A stretch of DNA of 64,000 nucleotides from a virus. Its lineage: Duplodnaviria; Caudoviricetes. The notes beneath the pieces are model-generated. The model did no database searches. It saw only the letters and a list, made by a program, of their open reading frames with translations, and was not told the origin of the DNA. The translations under genes were made by a program, and so were the position numbers. The stretch lies in IMG/VR virus record IMGVR_UViG_3300035208_008180; one strand, 5' to 3'. Below, piece by piece: positions 46,071-56,294 of the stretch; within the stretch, counting starts at the first letter, position 1, and each line of letters opens with the position of its first letter.

Positions 46071-47575
46071 AAATCTTGAGCCATTCGATCAAATACCTCA
46101 CCCCAGTTTGATGGATTTGTTTGTCTATAAAGCCTCATGCTGGGATACCAACGTGTTGTATCTCCATCTGTTCCCCATCGCCAATCTGGACTATAGGGCA
46201 AAACAGCCCATGTTTTTTTGCCCATAGCCCCAGCTAAATGAAGAATTGCTGTATCTACCGATATGATTAAATCCATTGCATCAATGAAGGCCGCTGTGTC
46301 CTCGAAACTTTCAATATGCTGGGATAAATCTATAATTCCCATGCCTTCGCAATTTATTGTGAGGTCAGTTGCTTGATTGTCCCCGGCATATTTTCTTGGC
46401 CCCGTTTCTTTTTGCAGTCCAAATAACTTGACATTTGGAATTGCTTGAATTTTTTTAAAATGTTCCAAATTACAGGAACGTGCTCGATCACCAGGGTGTT
46501 GCGGGTTGCCTGCCCAGGCGATGCCTATTTTTAATTCTGAATAATTGCTTAGGTTTGCTTTCTTTTCACAACGAAGATAAGGAGGTGTGCTGTTGCCAAA
46601 AAGGTAATCAAGGCTGCCGCCACCAAAGAGATGCGGCAAGCTTATCATTGAGCAATGATAATCATATTCTTCTGGTTTAAACACATCCTTTATTTCTGCT
46701 GTTGTGTTCTGTCGAATCAAGGATTGCAAACCAGCGGGCGTATGAATACAAAGGGAAACATCTTTCAAGAGAGAGGCGAATCTAAAAAATTGAATAAAAT
46801 CTCCAATGCCTTGCTCACAATACAATGCCAGCTTCTTATTCTTTAGGTTTTGTTTTTTATACAAATTGTCATCAAATTTGCAAACGAAATCCCATCTTTT
46901 GGCATCTGGATAGACTTTTCTAAAGGCTAAGGCTGGCGGAAAAAACTCTAATCGATGTTCATACAATGGCCATGCGTCATTATATTTGCCTTGTAAAAAA
47001 TAAACGTGTGCCAAATCCACATAAGATGGGTGGTGCTCAGGATTTAGAGCAATAGCTTCTTTAAAACAACTTTCGGCTTTTGATAAATCCTTTAAAAATC
47101 CATAAATTGAACCAATATTAGTCCAGGCATAATAATTTGGCTCTATAGCTATGGACTTCTCAAAACATTCTATCGCTTTGGGGATGTTGTTCTTTTGACG
47201 ATAATGTAATCCCAAATTGCTGTAATAATAACTGTTGTTAGGATTTAGTTCTGTCGCTTTATTGGCATGATCGATGGCCTTGTCTATAAATCCCATGCAA
47301 GCATAAGCAAGTGATATATTGTTGTGATTTTCTGCATTACTAGGATCAATTTGCAGAATTTTGACAAACAAAGCAATGGCATCTCCATATTCTTTTTGTT
47401 TGTGTTTAATCAATCCCAATAACTGCATTCCACGAGCATTGAGTTTGTCTACCTTTAATAATTGTTGAAGTAAAATATCTGCATCGTGCAAATAATTGTT
47501 TTGCATTAAAAAAAGTGCTTTGTCTAAAGACTTTTCTATCAATTCGTCTATATCTGGTAATTTTATGGAATTCAT
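46064..47575 (-). CDS. TPR-repeat + GT9-like glycosyltransferase
   Basis: Multiple TPRs; EQGIGDFIQF.RF, GIAWAG, DTA..HLAGAMG, DWRW, WYPSMRL. Confidence 0.88.
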   Translation of the reverse strand: MNSIKLPDIDELIEKSLDKALFLMQNNYLHDADILLQQLLKVDKLNARGMQLLGLIKHKQKEYGDAIALFVKILQIDPSNAENHNNISLAYACMGFIDKAIDHANKATELNPNNSYYYSNLGLHYRQKNNIPKAIECFEKSIAIEPNYYAWTNIGSIYGFLKDLSKAESCFKEAIALNPEHHPSYVDLAHVYFLQGKYNDAWPLYEHRLEFFPPALAFRKVYPDAKRWDFVCKFDDNLYKKQNLKNKKLALYCEQGIGDFIQFFRFASLLKDVSLCIHTPAGLQSLIRQNTTAEIKDVFKPEEYDYHCSMISLPHLFGGGSLDYLFGNSTPPYLRCEKKANLSNYSELKIGIAWAGNPQHPGDRARSCNLEHFKKIQAIPNVKLFGLQKETGPRKYAGDNQATDLTINCEGMGIIDLSQHIESFEDTAAFIDAMDLIISVDTAILHLAGAMGKKTWAVLPYSPDWRWGTDGDTTRWYPSMRLYRQTNPSNWGEVFDRMAQDLC

Positions 47576-47630
47576 TTTAGTATATAAATAATATGAGTAA
47601 TGCTAGTCTCAATATAACAGGGGATAATTT

Positions 47631-47753
47631 ATGGGTTGTGGATGCGGTAAAAACAAGCCAGCATTACGAAAAATAACCAAGGAAGAAGAAGCCTCTATTA
47701 GAAGACGACAGGCTTTAATGGAAGCTCGAAAACAAAAAAAAATATTTATATAA
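47631..47753 (+). CDS. Small basic MGCGCG protein (40 aa)
   Basis: MGCGCGKNK...; absent from the ORF track; SD GGGG. Confidence 0.55.
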   Translation: MGCGCGKNKPALRKITKEEEASIRRRQALMEARKQKKIFI

Positions 47754-47766
47754 ATGGAGGGTTATT

Positions 47767-48021
47767 ATGGGTTGTGGATGTGGTAGAAAAACTAGTGCTA
47801 CTGGAATGAGAGTCACTGGATTAAGGGGAGTTGGAACAAATCCTAACCATACTCCAAGACAAGGGCGTATTGTTACGCCTCGCACCATGCCGCCCACTAT
47901 GGTTCGACAGGCTCAAATGAAGGCAATGCAGGAAGCACAAACACCGCCAAATTATTCTCTTCAAAGAAGGGAAGTGGAAAGAAAGCGACGTTTGGCCATT
48001 TTAAAAGCTCAGGGTAAATGA
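47767..48021 (+). CDS. Small basic MGCGCG protein
   Basis: MGCGCGRK; SD GGAGG. Confidence 0.6.
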   Translation: MGCGCGRKTSATGMRVTGLRGVGTNPNHTPRQGRIVTPRTMPPTMVRQAQMKAMQEAQTPPNYSLQRREVERKRRLAILKAQGK

Positions 48022-48101
48022 ATTTTGTTAAAAAATAGTTTTTTAGGTGTATATATCATATCCCCGCATATTAGGGGCACCATATAAAAAAGGAGAGCAC
48101 C

Positions 48102-48704
48102 GTGCTTACATTCAAAGAGTGGAAAACATTAAATGAAAATTTTGGCGGGGCGATTCCCATTGGCCTCGGTCAGCCCAGTGCAGTCGTGGGTGTGGTCGGT
48201 GCTCAATTTGGAGATGAAGCTCAATTAGAAGAAGCCAAAAAGGGCAAAAAGAAAATGTTCGGAGACGAAGAGCCCGAGAAAGATGACGACGAAGACAAAG
48301 AAGTAAAAATAGTCGTTAAAGGCAAAAAGGATGATGACAAGGATGACGACGAAGACAAGGGTGAGGAAAAAGGCGAAGACAAGGGCGAGGAAAAAGTCGA
48401 TAAAGAACCCGATGGCGACAAAGACGACAAGCCAGCATTTCTAATGTCAAAAAAGAAATGCAAAGGTTGTAATTGCAAATCCGACAAGAAAATGGCCAAA
48501 GAAAACAAGGAGTGGTATGGTTCTGTAATCAACCAACTTAACTCTGATCCCAACGCAAAATTCTGGGACGGTTTTTCAACAATTGAAGAAGATGCTTTAC
48601 TGGCCCCAGCAGATCAAAATGCCGGTTTAGTAGATGGTGAACCTGCCCCTGGCAGCGTAGGATCGGCACCAGTTCAACGAGTTGGTGGTTGGTTCGGCGG
48701 CTAA
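48102..48704 (+). CDS. Highly charged putative internal head/core protein
   Basis: GTG start with SD AAGGAG; MLTFKEWKTLNE; D/E/K tract. Confidence 0.6.
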   Translation: MLTFKEWKTLNENFGGAIPIGLGQPSAVVGVVGAQFGDEAQLEEAKKGKKKMFGDEEPEKDDDEDKEVKIVVKGKKDDDKDDDEDKGEEKGEDKGEEKVDKEPDGDKDDKPAFLMSKKKCKGCNCKSDKKMAKENKEWYGSVINQLNSDPNAKFWDGFSTIEEDALLAPADQNAGLVDGEPAPGSVGSAPVQRVGGWFGG

Positions 48705-48725
48705 ATTAATTGTATAAATTAAATT

Positions 48726-48761
48726 AAAAAGCAAAGCTCAAATGGGCTTTGCTTTTTTTTT
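48726..48761 (+). terminator. Intrinsic terminator
   Basis: agcaaagc...gctttgct followed by a T-run. Confidence 0.75.
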
Positions 48762-48926
48762 GTTATGTGATATAATTTAATATTATATTACTGAAACAAA
48801 TATTATGAAAAACATTAAAGAATATTTGCCTCTAATAAGTAAAATTATTGACTGGGCTCACAAACACAAGAAAAAAGTTCAATACCTGACAAAAGCAGAT
48901 TTAAGAGAAGCAATAAGATCAAGAGC

Positions 48927-49346
48927 ATGACATACCGAATTCAAACCAATCATAATTTCCACGGCGAAAATATATCAGAAAGGGACTGGAATACAATAAG
49001 TTCCAGTCGGGCTGGACATCAAGAATTTGATGACGATGAGTTAGCAATTGCCATCAAAACGTTCGAAAGAAACGCAAATATGGCAAGAATGATTTGGCCA
49101 ATGCGATTAATTGATTCAAATGGCCAAATTCTAAGATATTACAATCCAGAATTAGACGAATGGCTTCCAGGCCCTCGGGGAAGACTGGAAGAAAAGGCTT
49201 ACTATATTTGGGAAAAGATTGGTGCCACTGATGTTGAATGTTGGTTCAAAGCCAAGGAAGAGACAGAAAAAGAAACCAGTAATTTAAGCCAATTTTTCGG
49301 ACATATGCCAAAATTCTCAGAACGTGGTTTGCTGGAACCAAACTAA
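48927..49346 (+). CDS. Hypothetical protein with DUF2934-like C-terminal motif
   Basis: EKAYYIWEK...W.KA.EE. Confidence 0.5.
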   Translation: MTYRIQTNHNFHGENISERDWNTISSSRAGHQEFDDDELAIAIKTFERNANMARMIWPMRLIDSNGQILRYYNPELDEWLPGPRGRLEEKAYYIWEKIGATDVECWFKAKEETEKETSNLSQFFGHMPKFSERGLLEPN

Positions 49347-50161
49347 GTATAAACAGCCGTTTGTCGCACTAATGGCGACATTGATCTTTTTCTTAGCCTT
49401 CGGCTTTTTTCTCTATCCAGTGCTTCTGCTTTGACCATCTGTGGGCTTGATGGCATTGGTTCTGGTTCTGGCTCGTCGTCATCATCGCCCCTTGGTTGAT
49501 AAAAACGATCTATTGATTCTTTTACGAATTTAGCTATTTCATAGGGCGTGTTGAGACGAGTATCCGACCAACCTTGTCCTTGCTCATCTGGACCGTCTGT
49601 GAATTCGCCTATACGCTCCATGTCATGACGAGGATCACCGGGGCTACTTACCGCAATGGGAAAGCCTTTGATCTCAGCAGATGTTTTATAATCCATTTCA
49701 GGTGCAGGCATCATACCAGGACGCCAACCTTCGAGGAATCCCATAAAGCGAACTAAAGGATGTCCTTTTTTGGGGTCAAATTCAGTTACTTTTTCAAATG
49801 ATATACTACGCTCATATTCTAGCTCTTTTTGATGTCTTTCCCAACTATTTGATGGACCCCAATATTTCGGACCACCAAAATATCCTTCAGGTGCCTCTGG
49901 TGGTTTTCCTGCCCATTCTGTCTTTTTAAAGCATTGAACGAAGAATTTGAGGTAATACTTATCCCCCTCCATACGAACATTACGCCCGGTCATTTCGCAA
50001 ACGAGCCGCCATTGATAACGCAATGCAGGGACTTCGCTACGACCGGACGATCCCATTTTCCAAGCCCAGTCACCACCCACTAGGTGTTGGACAGACAGCA
50101 AGACGTAGTTTGGAATTTCCACCACTTTTGCTTCATTAATCATCCATTCCTTGAAATTCAT
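49343..50161 (-). CDS. Putative internal head protein
   Basis: MNFKEWMINE. Confidence 0.6.
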   Translation of the reverse strand: MNFKEWMINEAKVVEIPNYVLLSVQHLVGGDWAWKMGSSGRSEVPALRYQWRLVCEMTGRNVRMEGDKYYLKFFVQCFKKTEWAGKPPEAPEGYFGGPKYWGPSNSWERHQKELEYERSISFEKVTEFDPKKGHPLVRFMGFLEGWRPGMMPAPEMDYKTSAEIKGFPIAVSSPGDPRHDMERIGEFTDGPDEQGQGWSDTRLNTPYEIAKFVKESIDRFYQPRGDDDDEPEPEPMPSSPQMVKAEALDREKSRRLRKRSMSPLVRQTAVYT

Positions 50162-51198
50162 TTTACCCGCTCCCCAGATTTCAATACCTTGGCTACCAAC
50201 GCAGAGGGAACTTTGTATTCAAAGGTGGATTTCATTATATTGTATTCATACCATCTCTGAACACTTTCCTCAGATGTCATATTCTGCCTGCGTGTGACCA
50301 TTATTGATTTGTTGCTTTTTTCTGCCTGTTCAATTGCTTTCCTGAGGGCTGGGCCATGCACTTTTATCACTTCTTCCATGCCTTTGAGACTGCCTACCAT
50401 TACTTCAAATTTAGATGGATAAGCCCATTGCCAAGGATCATCTTTTCTCGGCTTACTGACTTTCACCATATAAGCAGTGGCTTTTGTGCCCTGAATTTGG
50501 ACACGATCCCCTGGACGTAAGATAATGCCATTTTCCGTGGTGTAGCCAGGGGACATGCTTGAATCCAGGGTATAAACACATTGTTCTGGACGATAGACAC
50601 AGATTTGATTGCCATCCAACAATGAGCCACGCATGCTTTTGCCCTTAAAATGCACAGCATCAAATTGTGATTTTAAAGCATTGGTCAAGTCCTCTGTTTC
50701 TTGCATCCATCTTTTTTCTAATTCTTCTTGATTCTTAAAGTCTCCTTTGGGCGGCATGTCATATCCATATTGCCTCCACCATTTCATCATGGTATTATTA
50801 GAACCAAAGTTTATTTCTTCAATACGAGGCGGGGTATGATCGGCACCACCGATGTAATAAGCCTTTAAGCCTTTGCCAGTGCCTACATTGAAGTTCTTGG
50901 CTATACCAAGCGATTTAGTGAAGTAAGTGCCCCAGCCAAGAAAATGAATCGGAGGCAATGTATCTCTAGCACCAAAATCCCCAGGATTGAATCCGTGTCT
51001 AACGTCCCCAGAGCGGGGAGGGGATTTGAAGAATTGAAAACCCTGATGTTGAATCAGTTGTCTTTTTTCATCTGTAGTGCCATGATAGACTGGCCCAAAG
51101 AACTGCAATTTCTCTGCATCTTCTGGGCTTACGTACTTCGGCAACATAAAAGGAAAATATTTTTGAATATCTTCCAACAACCACAGTCTAAATTCCAT
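50158..51198 (-). CDS. Putative ADP-ribosyltransferase (H-Y, PARP-like) internal head protein
   Basis: VYHGT...GF, LGWGTYFT....A..F, FDAV, QICVY; N-terminus MEFRLWLLE. Confidence 0.65.
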   Translation of the reverse strand: MEFRLWLLEDIQKYFPFMLPKYVSPEDAEKLQFFGPVYHGTTDEKRQLIQHQGFQFFKSPPRSGDVRHGFNPGDFGARDTLPPIHFLGWGTYFTKSLGIAKNFNVGTGKGLKAYYIGGADHTPPRIEEINFGSNNTMMKWWRQYGYDMPPKGDFKNQEELEKRWMQETEDLTNALKSQFDAVHFKGKSMRGSLLDGNQICVYRPEQCVYTLDSSMSPGYTTENGIILRPGDRVQIQGTKATAYMVKVSKPRKDDPWQWAYPSKFEVMVGSLKGMEEVIKVHGPALRKAIEQAEKSNKSIMVTRRQNMTSEESVQRWYEYNIMKSTFEYKVPSALVAKVLKSGERVK

Positions 51199-51206
51199 AA
51201 AGATAT

Positions 51207-51965
51207 TTAGGGACTAGTCGGTTGTTTTAAACAAGCCTCTATTAAATATTTGCCAATTTGAAATTGTCGCCTAGTCACGCAATGCCCAGCATCTTTTTCA
51301 ATATCTGTGTAGATTTTGTACCCTTTGTTTTTCAGGGCAGTAAACATAGGGATGAAACGTTCTTGCCACTCAAAAATAAGATCATCCCTACTGTGTGCCA
51401 GAAAGAATGGGGTGTCAGGACAATTACATTGCGGCACAGCTTCTGGGTCCAAAATAGCCCCGTTGTGAGAAATCACACCAGCAAAGGGAGTTGGGCTCAT
51501 TACAGCAGTCATAATAGCCATAACTGCCCCTGCTGAGTGCCCTACCAGCACAATTCTATTCCGTGGAATACCACGTTTGTTTTCAATGAGTTTCAACACT
51601 TCTTCTATCACAGCCATTGCTGGCATTACGCCTTTGACTGCCTCTTCTTGGTCGTTGATGCCATTGGGCATAGGATACCAAGAACGAATTGTGGGTGTTA
51701 TTCCAACGATAAAAGATTTTACTCCTTGTCGTTTGTACGCAGAAGCTAATTCCTGCCCATGATTGCCACGCCCAGGCAAACAAAGCACACAAGAGTCATG
51801 ATTCCACTTATTGTATTTAATCCAGCGTTTTTCCAAGGTGGGTGGATAAAATTCAGCACGGCTTTGCGGACGCCACAGATTGTGGAATCCCATGTCATTA
51901 GGCATGCTGTCAAATGGCTGCCCTCGTCCCAGCCATTGACTGGCATAATAGTGATATCTTGTCAT
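51207..51965 (-). CDS. Alpha/beta hydrolase (phospholipase/carboxylesterase)
   Basis: LPGRG, GHSAG nucleophile, HSRDD, AGH. Confidence 0.85.
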   Translation of the reverse strand: MTRYHYYASQWLGRGQPFDSMPNDMGFHNLWRPQSRAEFYPPTLEKRWIKYNKWNHDSCVLCLPGRGNHGQELASAYKRQGVKSFIVGITPTIRSWYPMPNGINDQEEAVKGVMPAMAVIEEVLKLIENKRGIPRNRIVLVGHSAGAVMAIMTAVMSPTPFAGVISHNGAILDPEAVPQCNCPDTPFFLAHSRDDLIFEWQERFIPMFTALKNKGYKIYTDIEKDAGHCVTRRQFQIGKYLIEACLKQPTSP

Positions 51966-52901
51966 TTACAAATTCCATTCTCGGTAGAAGTCAAATTGCG
52001 TATCTTCTGTCTGAAGGCGATTAAATAATTGGCGGGGCATTTCTTGTTGAAGCAACTTGAGAAACTTTTTTGATTTAGTTTTGTTGGAGGTATTAATTGC
52101 TTCCTGCAACTGTTCTACATCATATCCATGACAATGATAACAACTTGCTGGAGTAAAATCCTCTTCAGCCCATGCCTTTTCATCATTTAGTCGTTTTTCG
52201 TCTACTGTCCAATATTTTAGATGATTGCCATTTTTGACGAAATCTATTGTAAACTCACAAATGTCATATATCAAGCCCACCAACTTGGGACTCGCCACCC
52301 AGAAATTGCCCAAGGATCGATATTCTACTCCGTGGTCTGGCTTTCTAAACCGACCAGCTTTGCCATATAATTTACGTCGAGCAACAGAAGATTTGTCCGT
52401 ATCAAGGAAAACTGAAGGCAATCCCAAAAATAAATCTAACATACGCACCACAAAGTAGCAGGACATATCATCTTGCAAAAACTTATTACCCAAATGCACA
52501 TGTCCACCCGCTGTTCTTAAACAATTGGAAAGAAACTCATTTTTGGGTGGCTTTACTACTTCAAGTCGATAAACACAAACTTCGGGATCACAACCTATTT
52601 TCTTCGCCTCAGGATGTTGTAGTTCAGATACTGGATAATTTTGAGAAGCTTTTACCATCAATTTATATGGCGATACCAATTTGGCATATTTTTTAAAGCA
52701 ATCTCTAAAGTTTTTGATAACATCATTTTTATCACTGGCTGGAGAAACAGCACATTCAGCCATTACGTTGTCATAAAAATATTGATGTTTCCCAATTTCA
52801 TGTCGTTTGTACTTATCCCCAGGAACAATACCAATGGCACTAAAAAATTTGCCATCTTTGCAAAGCATAAACTCAGGGTCACTTCCAAAAGAAAAATTCA
52901 T
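51966..52901 (-). CDS. phiEco32-type COOH-NH2 ligase
   Basis: GSDPEF, DNV.AE, GCDP, RTAGGHVH, RR.LYG.AG.FR, GVEYRSL.NFW. Confidence 0.85.
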   Translation of the reverse strand: MNFSFGSDPEFMLCKDGKFFSAIGIVPGDKYKRHEIGKHQYFYDNVMAECAVSPASDKNDVIKNFRDCFKKYAKLVSPYKLMVKASQNYPVSELQHPEAKKIGCDPEVCVYRLEVVKPPKNEFLSNCLRTAGGHVHLGNKFLQDDMSCYFVVRMLDLFLGLPSVFLDTDKSSVARRKLYGKAGRFRKPDHGVEYRSLGNFWVASPKLVGLIYDICEFTIDFVKNGNHLKYWTVDEKRLNDEKAWAEEDFTPASCYHCHGYDVEQLQEAINTSNKTKSKKFLKLLQQEMPRQLFNRLQTEDTQFDFYREWNL

Positions 52902-52924
52902 ATTTTCCTCTCCATTTTTGTTTG

Positions 52925-53674
52925 TCATTTATGCCAAATTGGCACAAGCGATCTTGTATCACCACTTGAGAAAGAACAAATACCCAAATTATCGTGCATG
53001 TCTTGTATTCTCAATCCTTTAGGATAATTTTTTTTGATATCTTCGGGAAATATTTTTCGGTCACCTTCTGCCAAAATACGCTTGATTCCTTTAAGACTAT
53101 TGGTGAGTCGGTCACGATCCTCCGCTTGATAAGGGGTGACTGAACAATTGCAGATGCCATTAATCGTATCCCAGAAATCTTTGCCCAGCGTATGCGAAAA
53201 ACCAACTCGAATGAGCATGGTGTAGAGCGAAATCATAGGCGGGCTTCTCATCCAACGTTTGCTGCCCTCTAATAACCAAACCCCACCAGCCGCATATTTT
53301 ATGGGTGGCGAGGCACATTCTCGGACTTTTGTTTTTACAATTTTGAGTTGTGACTCTATTTGATGCAAAAAATCTAGGCAGGCAGGAATTTTTTTTCTAA
53401 GAATTTTGTCTTGAGAATTTGCTATGATAATTTTAGTTTTGGACAAGCAGATTTCTTGTCCCTTTTGGGAAATAAACTGAAAGCCGTAGATTTTTTTCTT
53501 TGTTCTGTAAAGCTGATTGTAGATAGCATCCTGCAAATAGTCTTTACACAGCACAAAAGGGCATATTTGGCAGTAATTTTCGGAAACAAAAGAGAACTCT
53601 AGTCCCGACCAAATAGCCTGATTCAAAGAGGCTTTTTTTTGATACCACACTATCCTTTTTTTGTAATTTCTCAC
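52925..53674 (-). CDS. Hypothetical protein
   Basis: 249 aa ORF upstream of the ligase; likely GTG start. Confidence 0.55.
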   Translation of the reverse strand: MRNYKKRIVWYQKKASLNQAIWSGLEFSFVSENYCQICPFVLCKDYLQDAIYNQLYRTKKKIYGFQFISQKGQEICLSKTKIIIANSQDKILRKKIPACLDFLHQIESQLKIVKTKVRECASPPIKYAAGGVWLLEGSKRWMRSPPMISLYTMLIRVGFSHTLGKDFWDTINGICNCSVTPYQAEDRDRLTNSLKGIKRILAEGDRKIFPEDIKKNYPKGLRIQDMHDNLGICSFSSGDTRSLVPIWHK

Positions 53675-53773
53675 AGTTTGGCTCCAAAATTGTAGGATAA
53701 CAACATCTGAATAATAAACAAAATAGGCACATCTGTCAACACGGAATTCCGAATTGGCGGCGTAAATATCTTG

Positions 53774-54070
53774 ATGGGTACTTTTAGAGAATTCCTGGGT
53801 CGTCCTGTTTTATCAAATGTTGAGATTGCCAACATATATTTTGGCAATCCCAAGACATCTGTGCAAGAGATACTAGACCTAACCGGGCTTTCCAAAAGAG
53901 AGTTTTACGCAATTGTGCATAACTTTGGTGTACCAAACCGTTTACGCACCAATCACCACAACGTAATCTCCCTGGCCGATCAGGGCATGCCCCTGGATCA
54001 AATTGCCCGAGCTACTAAGTATAGCACACAAAACGTTAAATATATTCTAAGAAAGAATTTACATGATTAG
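53774..54070 (+). CDS. Tandem HTH protein
   Basis: SVQEILDLTGLS and PLDQIARATKYS. Confidence 0.6.
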   Translation: MGTFREFLGRPVLSNVEIANIYFGNPKTSVQEILDLTGLSKREFYAIVHNFGVPNRLRTNHHNVISLADQGMPLDQIARATKYSTQNVKYILRKNLHD

Positions 54071-54866
54071 TGGAAACGACATTTCTTTTGCTTTGTCGGG
54101 CGGCACCATGAACACCAACCCAACTCAATCTTTGGGGGGGCATCCGTCTGCCTATCCAATAACATCTGGCATGAATAATTTGTTTCCTAACTACACCTTA
54201 GCCCAGACAAATAGCGGCTACATAGACTATCGATGTATTTATGTGTTTAATAATCATGCTCTCGATTCCATGTATGGAGTAACAGCCGGAATTGTCGCAG
54301 TTAGCGGTGGTGCCGTAGAATATTTTGGCACCCCGATAACCACGGAGCAGCAGCAAATAGTAATCTCGGGAAACGTTACCGGAGGCTCATTCACGCTTTC
54401 TTATGATGCTTACACCACATCGGCAATTCCTTGGAGTCCTTTTACCAACACTTGGGCCGCCAGCATACAAAGTGCATTAAACAATTTGCCAGTTTTATCT
54501 GGGGTTGTGGTTTCCTATTCTGCGAGCCCTGGATTGACACGATTTATACTTCTTTTCCAAGGATATGGCGATCACAAACAACATCCGTTGTTAGTGGCAA
54601 CTAATAATTTAACGCCTGCTGGCATAACAACGACTGTATCTAAGGTTACAAACGGTGGGCCAATTAATAATATTGCTTCAACAATATCCCATGAAACCAT
54701 AACACCTGCTGGCATTACTTTTGTGGGCACGGGCACTATTTTGGACATAGGGACATTAGGCCCAGGTGAAGGATTTCCTGTATGGATCAAAAGACATCTA
54801 TTAGCGGGGACAGCGGCAAAATATAATGATGGTTTAAATTTACAAGTTACTTGTAGTCCAATTTAG
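54063..54866 (+). CDS. Putative virion structural protein
   Basis: SLGG, DYRCIY, EQQ....GGSFTL.Y, FPVWIKR; T/G/S-rich. Confidence 0.6.
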   Translation: MISGNDISFALSGGTMNTNPTQSLGGHPSAYPITSGMNNLFPNYTLAQTNSGYIDYRCIYVFNNHALDSMYGVTAGIVAVSGGAVEYFGTPITTEQQQIVISGNVTGGSFTLSYDAYTTSAIPWSPFTNTWAASIQSALNNLPVLSGVVVSYSASPGLTRFILLFQGYGDHKQHPLLVATNNLTPAGITTTVSKVTNGGPINNIASTISHETITPAGITFVGTGTILDIGTLGPGEGFPVWIKRHLLAGTAAKYNDGLNLQVTCSPI

Positions 54867-55828
54867 TGCAAATGTTCCAAAAGTTGCTGAGGATCAATTA
54901 TTCCAAACCCTTGGTAAAAACTTTTATCTTTTAATTGATCTTTGATGGGGGTGGTATGATTCTTAAAAGCCTTATAATAATCTCTTACTGTTGTTAGCGG
55001 AAAGTTTAATTTTTTTTGCTTATGAGCCGATAACAATAGTGCTGCAATACCGGCTACCCACGGAGTGGCCATCGAAGTGCCAGAAAGCATAGCGTACCAG
55101 TTTTTGGGGACCGTAGAAAGAATTTTTTCGCCTGGGGCCATAAAATCTAAATTCTTACCAGTACAACTAAATTGTGATCTGTCAAGGTTTTCATCAATTG
55201 ATCCAATAGCAATAGTTTCAGGATAAGCGGCAGGATAAAACACATCCGATGTAAATCCAGAATTTCCAGCAGCCACAAATACTGGAATATTTCTTTTGTG
55301 TGCATATTGAATAGCTTTGCGAACTTGCTGAATAGGGTTAGGAGAGCCTAAAGACAAACAAATAATATCTGCACCATTATCAACAGCCCACCGAATACCA
55401 TCGGCTACTATTCCATAACTACCAGAACCATATTTGTCCAACACCTTTATGGGCATTACTTTTGCTTTTTCCGCCACACCTATTCCACATTGTCCGCAAA
55501 TAATACCCGCCACATGGGTGCCGTGACCAAGAACGCTATCATCCCAAGGTTCTTTACCAGGACAAATGAAATTTTTTCCTGGCACTAAATTGTTTATAAG
55601 ACATGGATGATCTAATTGACATCCACAATCCACGACAGCGACCACAACTCCTTCGCCTGCACAGTGTTTCCATATTTCTGGTAAATTAAAAGCTGAAATT
55701 GACCATCCTGACTTTTCTTTTACATCAGCTAAAGTTAAAATTTCTTCCTTAATAATGGGAAATAATTTGAATTTATTTTCAAGCTTAGATTTTTTTTCCT
55801 CTTTTTTTACCTCTGGGTTTTCTGACAT
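54863..55828 (-). CDS. Subtilisin-like S8 serine protease
   Basis: VVDCG, HGTHVAG, AAGNSG, GTSMATP. Confidence 0.95.
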   Translation of the reverse strand: MSENPEVKKEEKKSKLENKFKLFPIIKEEILTLADVKEKSGWSISAFNLPEIWKHCAGEGVVVAVVDCGCQLDHPCLINNLVPGKNFICPGKEPWDDSVLGHGTHVAGIICGQCGIGVAEKAKVMPIKVLDKYGSGSYGIVADGIRWAVDNGADIICLSLGSPNPIQQVRKAIQYAHKRNIPVFVAAGNSGFTSDVFYPAAYPETIAIGSIDENLDRSQFSCTGKNLDFMAPGEKILSTVPKNWYAMLSGTSMATPWVAGIAALLLSAHKQKKLNFPLTTVRDYYKAFKNHTTPIKDQLKDKSFYQGFGIIDPQQLLEHLH

Positions 55829-56294
55829 TTTTTACTGGCTCCTGTGGTGCTGTATTACTGCTCGATGAACTTATGCTGCTGGCAGAACTACTTGGGGCTG
55901 ACCAAGAGCCATTTCTGTATTTTTCAACAACCCAGTCTATAGCACTTGCTATTACAATATAGATGATAAAGTTTTCAATTTGAGTTGAGAAAGGCTTTAA
56001 AGCAGTGGGTAAAGCATTAGCAACAACGAATTCATAAACTACAACGCAAGCCGCTAATACAATGGCTTTTTTTTCTGGTCCGCTGGCTATTTCCTTTTCA
56101 ACAGCTATAATCATTTCATCTAAAGCAGCTAAAATAAATTTTACAACTTTGCGAAGGTCCACTTTTTTCCAAAATTGCCACCATTTTGGAGGCGGATTTT
56201 CTTCAACCCATTTAGCCTGTAAGCTTTTTATTATATTGTTGATAGACTCCACTTGTGGCGGATTCTTTGCGACAGGATTTCCGGCTGCTATCAT
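55785..56294 (-). CDS. Hypothetical membrane-associated protein
   Basis: Amphipathic/hydrophobic helices; SD AGGAG. Confidence 0.55.
   Translation of the reverse strand: MIAAGNPVAKNPPQVESINNIIKSLQAKWVEENPPPKWWQFWKKVDLRKVVKFILAALDEMIIAVEKEIASGPEKKAIVLAACVVVYEFVVANALPTALKPFSTQIENFIIYIVIASAIDWVVEKYRNGSWSAPSSSASSISSSSSNTAPQEPVKNVRKPRGKKRGKKI

Noticed and set aside
48270-48430. GACAAGG-type nucleotide repeats
   Set aside because: Explained by the low-complexity D/E/K coding sequence
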